From the human T2T-CHM13v2.0 reference genome, Homo sapiens: a DNA stretch of 64,000 bases. Below the pieces are notes generated by a model. That model worked only from the letters and a program-made list of their open reading frames with translations, was not told the DNA's origin and searched no databases. Shown here one piece after another: positions 35,216 to 47,620 of this stretch (positions within the stretch are counted from its first letter, which is position 1; each line of letters begins with the position of its first letter). The stretch lies in the NCBI RefSeq assembly GCF_009914755.1, contig NC_060927.1; one strand, given 5' to 3'. A program made the position numbers and the translations under genes.

Positions 35216-37260
35216 CTGCTCATTGCTGAGGGTACCTGCAGAGGTGGAGCAGAGGGAGGTGGAAGCAGCTGGCTCTGTCCTTCACAAAGAGTCCTGTGGA
35301 TGCTGCTCCCAAGTCAGGTGCAGTGAGGATCAGAACCTCCAAGATGAGCAGGGACTTGCCCAAGGTCACTAGAGATGTGGGCTAACACATCCTACTGCCA
35401 AATGCCAGAGCTGGCAGGACCTATAGAAAGCTGGCTAACACGGGGCACATGTATTACCCTTAAGTCCTGAGCCCAGGGCAGACGTCACTAAGCACCGACC
35501 ATTCTCGTTCCCACCCAGCCCAGCCCTGGCCTCAGAATTCTCAGCACAGCAGTCAAGTAGCTGCTGCAGCAATGGATCAGCGCTGGCATGCAAGACAGAC
35601 CTATTTATCATTTCTTATCTACCCCAACCCTGTTATTTTACAGATGGAGAAACTGAGGCCCAGAGAGACGATGCAGTAGAATGAAGTGCACATGGGGCCT
35701 GGGAGTCCGATGACCTCTAGGTCTTAGCTCTCTGCTGTCTTGCTGTGTGACTGCGGGCAAGCCCCTCTACCTCTCTGAACCTCAGACTTTATGTGTATAG
35801 AATGGGTCTGAGGAGAGCAAGCCCTTCCTGCTAAAATTAAATTGGGGAGTGGGTGCAAGCCCTCCCTGGGTGCAAGGCACAGAGTGGCACTCGGGCGTCT
35901 TTCCACCCTTCACTCCTTTTTTGTCTCTCATCCAGGGCCTGGCAGCAGCAGGCTAACACGCAGGCCTTCTCCGCCCCCAACACACCTCCCTCAGTTCCAA
36001 CTTCGCTAGCTGCTCCATTCCTGGGCAGATGTTTGCCCCACAAATGGTTTTAACTGTCGGGGGTGAGGGAAGGGGTCAGATTTGGAGCTTATGGGCTCTG
36101 AGTGTAGTGGGAGGAAGATGGAAAAGGTGGTCACCCATGGGGCTGAGACAGGTATCTGCTGGAGGGGGGATGGTTGCCTGGAAACCACCACAGTGTATAC
36201 GAGTGTCTTGCTGGCTGTGGGGAGGTTTGGAGTCAGCAGTCCTCTCTTCCTCTCTTCTCTTTCTCTCCCATTCCCCTGGCTCAGCCCCCACAGCCAGCTC
36301 TGCTTCCATCGTGGCTGCTAGGGGAGAACTCAGCAAGACTCCCCCAACACACACTCTTAAGTGAGCTCATTCACCCCCACGACATGGGGACAGTCACTGG
36401 CCCCCAAGCCAGGCACTTACCATGGGATCTCACAGGATCTCCTGGTCTCGGCTTCTCTAACCCTGTGCAGGACATGCCAGGCACTGGCCCACGACGAACC
36501 CCACTCACCCCAGGCCCTGCAAGCTCCCCTTCCCCAGCTGCTCTCAGCACAGCATGGAAGGTCTGAGCCCCCCACTCAGGGCTCACCCAGTCTCCACATC
36601 CAGACAGGGTCTCCGCTTAGGTGTCTCCGTTCAACCTGACACACAGTAGATGCTTTTAGCAAGTGTGGGTAGCTGGTGCTCAGGGAGCATTGCTGTGTGA
36701 ATGCATCAGTGAATGAATGAAAATGAATGAATGAACACTGCTCTGGGCCATGGATTGTAACCTGTGTTGTTCCCCTGCAGGGAGTGTAGTAGTTCAAGCT
36801 TTAAATTGAGAGTCAGGAGACAGGATTCTGCCCCTAGGTCAGCCCCTAACTGACTGTCCAAGCTTGAGCAGTCCCTCCCCTCCCCAGGCCTTGGTTTCCT
36901 CATCTGTCAAGTAAGAAGGTTAGCATAAACGCTCGGGTTCTGCCATTAGGAGTATCTGTGGATTTGGTTTTTATTCCCCAGGGTCTTCCCACCCCACCAT
37001 GGATGCAGCTGGTTTAGGAGCAGTTGACGTGGGTGAGAGGAGAGAGGAAGTCTTCCCTCCCCAGTGAGTCTACACTTGGGACATCCTTTGCTAGGGACAG
37101 TCCCTCTACCTGGATCAGGAAGGACATTGTGGTGTTTACTGTCCAGTGGACTGGGAGGTGAGTGTTGAGGGGGCTGTGCAGAGAATGGTGTTGGGGGAGC
37201 TTCCTGTAAAGATCCTCTAAACGAGGAGGTGACATTTGAAATGAGACGCTCCAGGGGAAA

Positions 37261-37525
37261 TGTGCACACATGTACAGACACACCATGCACACACTGCATG
37301 CATGCACACATGTAAACATGCATGCACACACCACACACAAGAATGTGCATGCATACTTGTGCACATGCTACATGCATGCACATATAAACACACATGCACA
37401 CTACACACATGCATTGCATGCACATACACATGCTGCATGCATGCAGACATATAGACACACCACACACATGCACACATAAACACACATGCACCCACATGCA
37501 CGGACCACACTGCATACACACACAC
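37261..37525. repeat. Degenerate (CA)n/(CATG)n purine-pyrimidine simple repeat
   Basis: cacacatgcacacataaacacacatgcac...; source of the spurious Cys/Val/His-rich ORFs here. Confidence 0.92.
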
Positions 37526-40500
37526 TTGCTGATATTCCCTGTAGAGCTGTTTAGTTTTTTCTCCCCCTGAGATGTTTCCATTGTCTTCTTGATCTTTTCA
37601 TCTCAAATATGATCATTCCAGACCCAGCCAAGGAGCACAGACAGTTTCAATGTTGAGCACTAACCACCAGGGCTCCAGGAGGGGTGGGTGACAGTGGAGG
37701 GGCCCTGGCAGCTGAAGGCATGGGAGCAGGCACCAACTGCCCACCAGTGGTCAGCTCCACGTGGCCCAGGTCTTGGCACACTTATCCAAACTGCAAGGAG
37801 GGGCCCAAAGGCCTTACTAGGGGAGCAAATGTCCCCTGACTCCAGGCCTCAGGCAGCCTTCTCTGCCCAGCCACTCTGACTGCGCTGGTTTTCATTGCTC
37901 CTCTTTGGACGAAGGACTTCATCACAGCCTTTGTGTGTCTGTTTTGATGGGTTTGAGGACTCTCGCCCGAACCATTGTTTGCCAGATCTCTCTAAATTTT
38001 GTCAAAGTCATCTTTTCACTCTGATGTGTCTGTTCCTTTTTCTCTTCCGTTTTCAAAGGATCTAGAAGCGGCAGTGAGCCAGGGACAGGAGCAAAGATCC
38101 CCAGTTAGCAGCTCAGGTGTGAGACCATTCGCTAATCATTCATTAATTCACTAAACAAAATCTTATTGAACAGTGTTCTGAGCCAGCCACCATGCTGGAC
38201 ACTTGTTTCTTGCCTCATGGAGCAACAGAGGAAATACACCCAACAGTAAATAAATGATGACAATGATGTGTGCTCAGAAGGGTCCCTGGGCCTGGGAATC
38301 CTAAGGCTGGACACAGCTGTTCCTGATGGGATGATGGGCAGAGGCCACCCTGAGAGAGACACTGTGGGAAGAAGGAGCCAGCTGGGCGGCATGCAGAGAG
38401 CAGCATCTGGGAGAGAGGAAACTGTGAGTGGAAATTCCTCGGCAGGACACAGCAACAGGGGGCTGAAGTGCAGAAAGGAGACCGGGGTGACAGGAGGGTT
38501 TTGAGTCGGGGAGAGGCACGACAGAGCTCAGACAGTTGGGCAGGGCCAGTGATGGGTCAAGGCGCACGGGCATGGAGGAGGACAGAACCACAGGGGAGTC
38601 AGTTTCTGCCTTGGGCACTGCAGGCCATTCCTGCACTTTGTTGAGGGCCTACAACGTGCCACAGCCAGACACTTGGCCATGCGTCTCCTGTTCCCAGGGA
38701 AGCCATTCCAGGCAACCCATAACCATAGCCCAGCCCAGGACTGAGTCCTCTGGCCAGATGGGGCCTCAGCCAGCGTTCAAAACAGCAGCTGCAAAAACAT
38801 CTCCTCGCTGCCTTAGCCTGACCCACAGCCTCTCCCAGCATGCAGCCCCCGGCAGACTCTCAACGGAGGTTCAAACCTGCTGAGATTGAACGTGGACAGC
38901 TTAAAGGAGGTCTGGCGCCCACAGAACAAATTCCCTCATGTTCCAGGCATTTCTGCCTTTATGTTCCCTAATCCTGGGAATTTAACCCAGGCAAGGACAG
39001 GAGGACACCTGGTCCCAGTTACTAGGACCCCACACCCTGAATTTACCTTCTACATTCACATTGGTTCCTCCTTAAAATGAGGCTGCTGCCAGGACTCCTG
39101 CCCGGGCCTGGCCACCCCCAAGCCTGGCTTTGTGGCCTCTGTTACACTAGAATAGGCATCACAGCTTATCCCACCAGAAACTTCCAAAAAATCCAGACTC
39201 CCACGCCCATCCCTTACTTGCCCGTTCCAAATCTCCCAGAGAATTCTGTATTTTTAACAAGCTTCCTTGTGACCAGGAACCACAGCAAGCCTCAGCAAAG
39301 GACAGAAGAAAAACCTGGGGCTCTGGAAGTAGAAGGCCCCAGGCTTAAATCCTAGTAGACTCACTGTGTGATCCTAGGCAACTCGCTTAACCTCTCTGAG
39401 CCTCCCTCTCCTCATCTTTCAGGGGAGATTGAATATAACACTGATCCCTCCATCCGTTGCAAGGAATCTTTACAAGGTATGCCAAGTTCCCAGCACATAG
39501 TGAGTGCTTAATCAATGGCAGGCATTTTCACAGCTGTCTCTGAGGCACACCCGTCTTGTGGATGTGTAGACAGAAAACACGGGCTCATAATAGCTCCCCA
39601 GATAATTTCCAGGGCCAGCAAGCTGCTCCTTGTCCTTGCTCAGATGAGCGTGCTGGAATCTCTCAGGCAGGTCACTTTGGCCGCGACTGAGGGTGTCAGG
39701 CACATGCTCTGCCCAGCAGATGCAGAAGCAGGAGGGAAAGATCCTCCCAGTGTCCCTGGCTCCCATGTGGGTGGGGGAGAAGCTGACGCCCCCATTCTGA
39801 CAGGAAGGGGAGGAGGGACCTGAAAAAGGCTTACGGAGAGGAAACAAGCCCCAAAGTGGGTCAGCACTGCCCTGGACACTAACCCATTTCCAGTCCCTCC
39901 TGCCCACAGGCCCGCTGGCCATGGGACTATCATCTTGCATTCTCTCCCATCCTGCTCGGGCCTTTGACCCTGTTTTCTACCTCTTGCCAGTCTAGGGAGA
40001 AGGAGGCTTGAACACTCAAGTACAGACCATGGGGGCTGCAGGGGAGGGCCTTCTGGTTTGCGTTGGATGTTCTAGGGGTATTTCCCACCCACCGTCCTGA
40101 CTTGATTTGCAGTGGGGCTGATGTGGGGATAGGGGAGCAATGTGGTGGTCAAAACAGTACAGGCTTTAGGACCACCAGATGCAGTTCCAAACCCAGCTTC
40201 CCCAGTTCCAGGCTTCATGGTCTTGTGCAATTGGCTCCATTTCTTCCAAGCCTCTGTTTCCTGACCCATACAATGGTTCAATGAGATGGTGCCTACACAA
40301 ATCCTAACTTGGGGCTTGTGGAGAGGAACACCCCGTAATCAGTAGCAGCGATGCCTATTATTCTAGTGCAACAGAGGCCACAAGCTAGGCTTGGGATGCA
40401 GCCAGACCTGGGCAGGAATCCTGGCTCTGCCCTCCTGGCTGTGTGATTTGGGACAGGACTCTGCCTTATTTCCAGCACTTTCTTCATCTGTGAAATGGAG

Positions 40501-41638
40501 GTGCTCACCTCCTAGGCTTATGTGAGGTTACGTGCATCGTGCATCGATGTTTGAAACAGAGCCTCGGCAGAACAAGCTGTCACCAGTGCAAGCCGTTCAC
40601 GGTGATAATCGAGAACGATGTGTGAACTTACTCACCACATGTCTATTGAGCATCTCGCTGCGTGTGGGGCCCTCAATCCAGCAGGGAGGCAGACGCACGA
40701 GCTCCAGGCTCACCAACAAGGGGACTGACGATCCCAGTACAGGTTCTCACCCGCTCCATGATCCAGGACCCTGAGTGGAGGACACCTGGCTTAGTCTAAG
40801 CTCTTTGCTCACCAGAGGGGTCTCAGGGAGGGTGCTGGACCCCAAGTCAACCAGCCAGGGAGGGAGGCCAGGGGCCCCAGCACACCACACTGCCTCACCC
40901 ACAACATCTACCCACTTGATAAGCCTTGGCCACTGCCCAAGTGGGCTGAGGGGAGCTGGCCTTGAGCTCTAGGGAGTGGGGCATTCAGAAGCAATCAGTG
41001 GCACTTGTGGCTTGGCGAGCTTCCCAGCTATTTGTGACCCAGCAGCTCTCCTTCCACAGCTGCTGGAAATTGAGCCATGGAGGCCACTTGATCTAGACAG
41101 CTATTGCTCAAGAGTTCCTGTGCCCACATCTCCAGGACATGAGCACCTATTCCCATCAGCCACGGATGGGTGGCCAGAGGCAGAGGGAGAAAGCCAGGAG
41201 GGGCCTGCAGAGAGTGGCCCCACGGCAGGCCTGAGGGGTTAGAAGGGACACCTACAGGTCCTGAGGGCCAGGGAGCCTATTCTCCCATAAGTGCCAGGGA
41301 CGTGCTCTTCCCAATAACCCTCCCCAGGAAGTGACCTGAGCCAGCGGCTGGCCATGTCCTACTGAGGTAGAAATGTCCCAGGACTCCTTCTGGGGGTGGG
41401 CAACTTAGAATTTGGGATCTCATAAAAGGGGAAGTAGAGCCTCAGGCTCTGGAGCCAGGTTTGTATCCAACCATTGCCACTTACTGGCTGGGTCTCAGTT
41501 TTCTCATCTGTAAAATTGAAACAATAATAACAGTACTGACCTCCCAGGGCTGTAGGAAGGTTTAAATGAGTTCATACAAATAAAGTGACTAGAGCAGGGC
41601 TTGGCACATATCAGGGACTTACTGAGTATTAGCTGCTA

Positions 41639-41964
41639 TTGTAGTTCCCCCCTTATCTACACTTTCACGTTTTGCAGTTTCCGTCACCTTCAGTCAACTG
41701 CAGTGTGAAAATATTATATACGATAAGAAATTTTGAGAGGGAGAAAGACATTCTCATAACTTTGACTACAGCATATTGTTATAATTATCCTATTTTATTG
41801 TTATTGTTAATCTCTTACTGTACCTAACTGATAAATTAAGCTTCATCATACGTCTGTATGGATAGGAAAAATCATAACACATATAGAGTTTGGTACTATC
41901 TTTGGCTTCAGGCATCCACTGGGGGTCTTGGAAAGTATCCCCCACAAATAAGGGGAGACTGCTG
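41639..41964 (-). mobile_element. TcMar-Tigger MITE, MER44A-like, near full length
   Basis: Terminal inverted repeats (ttgtagttccccccttatc ... aataaggggagactgctg), TA on the left flank, internal caggcatccactgggggtcttggaaagtatcccc. Confidence 0.8.
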
Positions 41965-42099
41965 TGTTCCTATGAAGAGTGAACAATCCTGCCGGGGCAG
42001 GGAGCTCAGGTGAGCTGAATTATCGGGCAGTTACCTAATGAAAGCAGATGGAAATACAGGTGTGTTTTGCTGCTGGAATGCATTTGGCACCTCTGCTCT

Positions 42100-42545
42100 T
42101 GACCGCTCTGATCTCACCACAGCTGTCTATGCAGGCTCTTCCTTTGCACTCACAGATTATGCTCAAGGGCGTGCCAGAGTCTTTGCCTATATGTGGTGGC
42201 GGGTCGGTGGGGGGCACCCACAGAGCTCACTGGGGCCCCGTGCACGTGCAACTCAGAAGTCCAGGGAAGTTAGCACCCCGTTCCTTGCACCCCTTGAGAA
42301 ATGGGGGACTGGAGCTGATGGGCAATTGTGGAAGGGCTTCTGTATGCCCCTCAAAGATCCTGGCAGATTCACGTCCCTGTTGCTACCATGGCAGCCTGGA
42401 TTGCACGGCCTTGTATTGGCTTCTCTCTCCCTGCCTCACTCTTCTGGCTCCCTCACTCCTATTCTCAGGTGTCACCTCTCACACCTCTCACACGAACTAC
42501 CTCAAGCCAGTCCTTGTCTGAGATTCTGATGTCAGGGGAACCTGT
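42100..42545 (+). mobile_element. ERVL LTR16-like remnant
   Basis: ttgtattggcttctctctccctgcctcactcttc ... tccttgtctgagattctgatgtcaggggaacc resembles the LTR16 3' end. Confidence 0.5.
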
Positions 42546-43933
42546 GTCTGGTGTAGAAGCCTGGGTCCTAGTGCTGGCTCTGCCATGCCCACACAGTGTG
42601 GCCCTGCACAGGCCAATGCCGTCCTTTGGGTCTTGGTTCTTTTGTCGGCCCCATGAGTGGGTTGGATCTTTGTGACCGTGACCTGTGGCATGGATGACAC
42701 AGGTATTAGGGGAAGTCTGGATGCTCCCTAGGTGGCCTCACCCTCCCTGCCAGCCTCAGGGCCTCTTCTTCCCCCAACTTCAGTCCAAATCCCTTCCTCA
42801 TCCTCCAGGTTCCTCCCACCACTTGCCTTCTGTCTGCCCCAGAGCAGTGTGTGATGATGCAGAGGCCAGGGGCCAGGGTCTATCCACACACAGTTTCACA
42901 CATGCATGCTCATGCCCCGTGCACGTGCAAGAACATGTGTCTGAATGTGTGGGCCCACGTGTGCATGTGCATGCGTTTTGCTCAACCTCCAGACTATGGC
43001 CCCACATGGCCTATGGGCGCTCAGACAATCCAGCCACAACTACGATTAGGCAGAGGGGATCCAAGGTGCCCTCTGCCTGAGTGAGAGGCCTGCAGATCAC
43101 CTTTTTGCACTGCAGGCCTGGCCAGTCAATCCCAGGGAGAGCAGATGGGGGCATGAGGAAACAGAGATGCTCTCAAGGGGATGGACTAAGTAGGAGAGAG
43201 GGAAGAAAGGACCTCAGTTACTGGTACCAAGTGTTCACAGATGTCATCTCCTCTTGTCCCCACAACCAGGAGGTAGGGATTAAGACCCCACTCTATAGAT
43301 GGGGTAGTGGAGTGTGGCAGGGGAGGGGGCTTTATGTAGACTTGAAGTTCAAATCCTGGATCCATTACTCACAGGCTTTGGGAAAGGGCCTTGATATCTC
43401 TAAGTTTCAGTATCCTAGTCTGTAAAATGGGCCATTGATTTCTCCTCCTCAGGATTCTACTGGGTGTCAGGGGGAAAAATGAGCACAAAATACTTTTATA
43501 AAGCCCAGCATCTGTCACAGAGGAAGTGGCTCTAAAGGAGGACTATGATTATAGCTAAGATGACATGAAATGGGAGTCAGAGACTATGGACCCAGACTCC
43601 CACCTTCCCCCATTACTGTCCCTTTGGTGGTGCTGGTCAGCCCCTTGTCCTTGATGCAAGGTGGAAGGTGAGTTCCTGGGGGCCTCCCCTTCGCCCTGCC
43701 ACAGGTGCACCCACCGCTCATAAGCAGAACATTGGGGAAGGCAGCTATGGGTGGGTGCCTGAGCCCCTCCCACCCTCAGAGACAAAAATAAAGTGTATAA
43801 CTGTCAGAAGCATTATGGAACTGTCAAAGGTAAATGAAGTCATTCCCGTGAATTATTAATAAGTCACGAGCCTACCTATTCAATGACAGTATAAAAAAGA
43901 AAAAATATTTATCAAAAAAATTTTTTAAAAATT

Positions 43934-44232
43934 AGGGTGGACAAAGTGGCTCGTACCTGTAATACCAACACTTCGGGAGGCTGAGGTGGGAGAACTGCCT
44001 GGAGTTCGAGACCAGCCTGGGCAACATAATCAGGCCCTGTCTCTACAAAAAATAATTTTTGAAAAAATTAATCAGGCATGGTGGTGTGCACCTATAGTCC
44101 CAGCTACTCAGGAGGCTGGGGTGGGAGGATCACTCAAGCCCAGGAATTTGAGGTTGCAGTGCAGTGGCTGTGATCACGCCACTACCCTCCAGCCTGGGTG
44201 ACAGAGTAAGACCTTCTCTCTTAAATAAAAAA
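43934..44232 (+). mobile_element. AluJ
   Basis: ggagttcgagaccagcctgggcaacata ... ggaggatcactcaagcccaggaatttgaggttgcagt ... gtgatcacgccactaccctccagcctgggtgacagag. Confidence 0.92.
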
Positions 44233-45984
44233 GAGATATTTTTTAAAAAATTAAAACCAAAAGGAAAAAAGAAATGCTGTGGGCTGTGGGAATAGTTTGC
44301 CATGAGTTTGCAGAACCCAGGAGCCAAGTGTTAGGAGAAACCATGGGCCCTGGGCACAGAATGTTTCAGAGCCATGGAAAGTGATGCCCATGCGGGAAGA
44401 GGGGCCCATCAGCTTCACCTAGGCACTTGGTCCACATGGAGCGCTAGATGAGCAGTGAGAATTGCCCCTGACATCGCTTGCTTCCTGTCCCCATGGTTCA
44501 TTGAATCTGAGAGCAGCAGCCTCAGCTGTCTGGATCTTCACCCATCCTGCTCCAACCTAATTGCCTTTGCCTAGACCACAGTCAGAGCTGGTGACTTTGC
44601 CAGCTGTGGCCTCACCTCCCTAGACTCCAGCTCACTGTGGAAACTACAGAGCCCAGTGACCCATCACTTCCACTGCAAGAAAGGCTGGGGATGCACTCTG
44701 ACAATAATTGCCTTTCTCCAAGCAATTCAAGGTAACTAATCAGCACCATGATGCTGGCAGCTGTGACTGCTAATGGAGCTACAAACTGTCAAACTGAAGG
44801 TAATAATTGTCTCCTAAAAAAAAAAAAAGAAAGAAAAAAACTAGTTAATTAGCATAATCAGGGAATAAATGGGCCAATATTCCTAACCCAATGTGGGAGA
44901 TGAATATGAACTATGGGGCCTTCAGGGTTTCCAGTGGAGAGAACAACACCAGCCAGGAAGTTGGGGGCCACCAGCACAGAAGGGAGAGGAGAAGAGGGTA
45001 GGAGATGCCTGTGTATTTGGAGGTATTATTGTATGAGTGCTTCTGGAGACGTTATTTTATGTAAAATGCATGCCTGTCTTCAAGGCAGTGATGTTCATCT
45101 TGGCATTTCTCCAATCCATCCCTTTGATGTGTACTTACTGAGCACCTGCTGGGAAGGCAGCCAGTATTTATTCTTGGCAAAAAAAAAAAAAAAAAAAAAA
45201 GAAGTTCACAAAGCGTACTCCCATCCTCTAAGCTGCTTATCCACCTTCCCACCCCAAAAAAGGATCTGTTCTCTGGGTTGTCAAGGTAGGACGAGAGCTC
45301 ATTCGAAGTCATACATGACTGGTAAGGATACCTAGGGGGCCCTGGGAATTGAAAAACAATCTCTCAAAGTCATCTGTCAAATCATGGCAGGCATTGACTG
45401 CCTGATATTTGTACCCTTCTGATGGGTGTGTTCAGAGGGCTGGGGAGAGGCATGAACTGATCAGAGTAAAGCAACCCTTCTCTAGACTCACTGTGTGCTG
45501 GGAGTTTACCACGACTATACATACATTTGCTTAGTCCTCCTCATGAGACTGTTAGGTGGGTACCATTATTATCCCCATTTTATAGAGGAAGAAACAGAGG
45601 CAGAAAAATGGCTAAATGACTTATTCAACATCAACCCGATAGTAAGTCCCAGAGCCGGGATTTGAATACAGGAAGCCTAAATCCAGAGATCATGCTCTTA
45701 AGTCTCAGTCTAATACAGGAGAGTTAAGCTTTACAAAGCCAGGCCTCCATAAGAGAGGGCAGGAAGTAGAAGGGAAGCATCACATACTGAGCACCTAGCA
45801 CATGGAAGGCACTGAGCTGAGGACCCTCAAGAGCTGGAACTTATCGCCAAGGCACTTGCGGCAGAAGCCAGGAGTGGCCGACACATCTACAGTGCAGGGC
45901 CCTAGGGCAGTCACTTCATGTGCTCTGGGTTTGAATTCTGGTTCTCCACTTACCAGCTAAGTGCCCTTAGGCAAGGGACTAAAT

Positions 45985-46890
45985 TTGGGTTCCCCTGGAA
46001 GCTGCCCCTGAAACAAGGATTCAAGCCTAAATAGTTCATTTGGGAGGTAAACCCAGAACACATTGATAATGAAGTGAGAAAATTTATTAATATTATCTAT
46101 GGTATAACAAATTATCCCAAAATTTAGCAGCTTAAAACAACCAAGACTTATTATCTAATTGTTTCTGAGGGTCAGGAATCTGCGAGTGGCTTAGCTGGGT
46201 GGTTCTGGCTCAGGGACCCTCACGGGGTTTCAGTCAAGGAGTCAGCCAGGGCTCCCATCATCTGAAGGCTTAACCGAGGCTAGAGGATCCACTCCCAAAC
46301 TCTCTCAGGTCATTATTGGCAGGCCTGAATGCCTCACTGGCTGGGGGCCGGAAGCTTCAGTTCCTCACTACATGGGCCTCTCCATCTGGCTTCCCATAAC
46401 ATGGAAGCAGGATTTTCTCCAGAGTGAGTGACCTGAAGATAGAGAAATCAGAGAGAGAGAAATCAAGACGGAAGCTATAATGTCTTTTATAGCCTAATCT
46501 CAGACGCGACATACCATCACTTTTGTCATATTCTACTGGCTTCACAGACCAACACTGATACAGTGTGGGAGGGGCTGCAAGGATGTGGATACCAGGTGGA
46601 ATTCACAGAAAGTAAGATGGGGGAAGTCACAGAGGTCAATAGTGGATGTGATATCAAGCCAGGTCCCACTGTGGGCACTGAGAGGCTAATCCCACAGGGG
46701 AACGCTGGAAGAAAGTGTAGAGCATGCCTCGGAGTTATCTCCAACAAACAGGTGAGGATGCTGGGGGCATTTTCCCATCCAATCCTCTTTCATCATTGGT
46801 TGAAGGTTGCCTCTATGGGCCCTAACACCAGCATTTTCAGCTGTGGCTTCCTCTCTCTGGACCCAAGTTTCCTGGCCTGTAAGTGAGGAT
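45985..46890 (-). mobile_element. Nested LTRs: MaLR (MLT1E/F-like, about 46085-46600) inserted into an LTR16-like element
   Basis: MaLR: taacaaattatcccaaaatttagcagcttaaaacaa...gggtcaggaatctgcgagtggcttagctgggtggttctggctcaggg; LTR16-like flanks gggttcccctggaagctgcccctgaaacaaggattcaag and cccactgtgggcactgagaggctaatcccacagggg. Confidence 0.7.
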
Positions 46891-47252
46891 GGCATCAACA
46901 ATTTCATGATAGAGTACTTGTGCAGTGGTTATGCCTGGCACACAGTAAGTGTTCAGTAAAGCTGCTAGTGGTGTGGTGATGTGGCTACGATGGTCATTCT
47001 GATGGCTGGTTGGGATGAAATGAGATGATGTCAACACCGCTCTTGGTAAATCCCTACTTCCTGATTCTCATTCCTGTGTTCTTTCCAGCTCAGCACATCA
47101 CTTCTCAAGCTCCAGATAATAACACTGCAGGACTCATTGCTCTGATGTTCATATGAGCCCAGAAACAGACTGGGAATGGGAGCAGGTTATGTCCAAAGTT
47201 CCCGCCAACTTCCGCATCCATGAGATGTGTAGGGCCATGGGAGCAATGTAGT

Positions 47253-47273
47253 ATCAGCACCTTGGACAGCTTC
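47253..47273 (+). promoter_or_regulatory. RE1/NRSE (REST binding site)
   Basis: ATCAGCACCTTGGACAGCTTC versus consensus TTCAGCACCACGGACAGCGCC: both half sites intact, canonical 2-bp spacer. Confidence 0.8.
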
Positions 47274-47481
47274 CAAAGGCGTGGTCCTGGCCCTGGTTGC
47301 TCCCCTCCTTCTTAGCAAGGACTCCACACTACTTAGATGTCTTAAGGCCCTCCTGCGTGTTAGTAAAGTGATTTGTCTGAGGCTCCACAGCTAGAAAGGG
47401 GCAGAGCCAGGACTCATACTGTCTTTGAGAAGTGCCTTACCTCTCTATTCCTCAGTTTCCTCATCTGTAACATGGAAACAA

Positions 47482-47620
47482 GGCAGGCTCCATGAGTATG
47501 TGACTTAGTTTATGCACACTATGCTCTTCAAGCACTGTCTTGAAATTCTTAGTAATTTTTAAACAAGGGGGCCAGCATTTTCATTTTGCATTGGGCTCCT
47601 CAAATCACATAACCAGTCCT
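47482..47620. mobile_element. MER53-like hAT MITE
   Basis: ctgtcttgaaattcttagtaatttttaaacaagggggccagcattttcattttgcattgggctcctcaaatcacataaccagtcctg. Confidence 0.7.

Noticed and set aside
36946-37581. Cys/Val/His/Thr-rich ORFs resembling metallothionein or zinc fingers
   Set aside because: Artefacts of translating the CA/TG simple repeat
44738-44756. RE1 left half site ATCAGCACCATG
   Set aside because: No GGACAG right half follows
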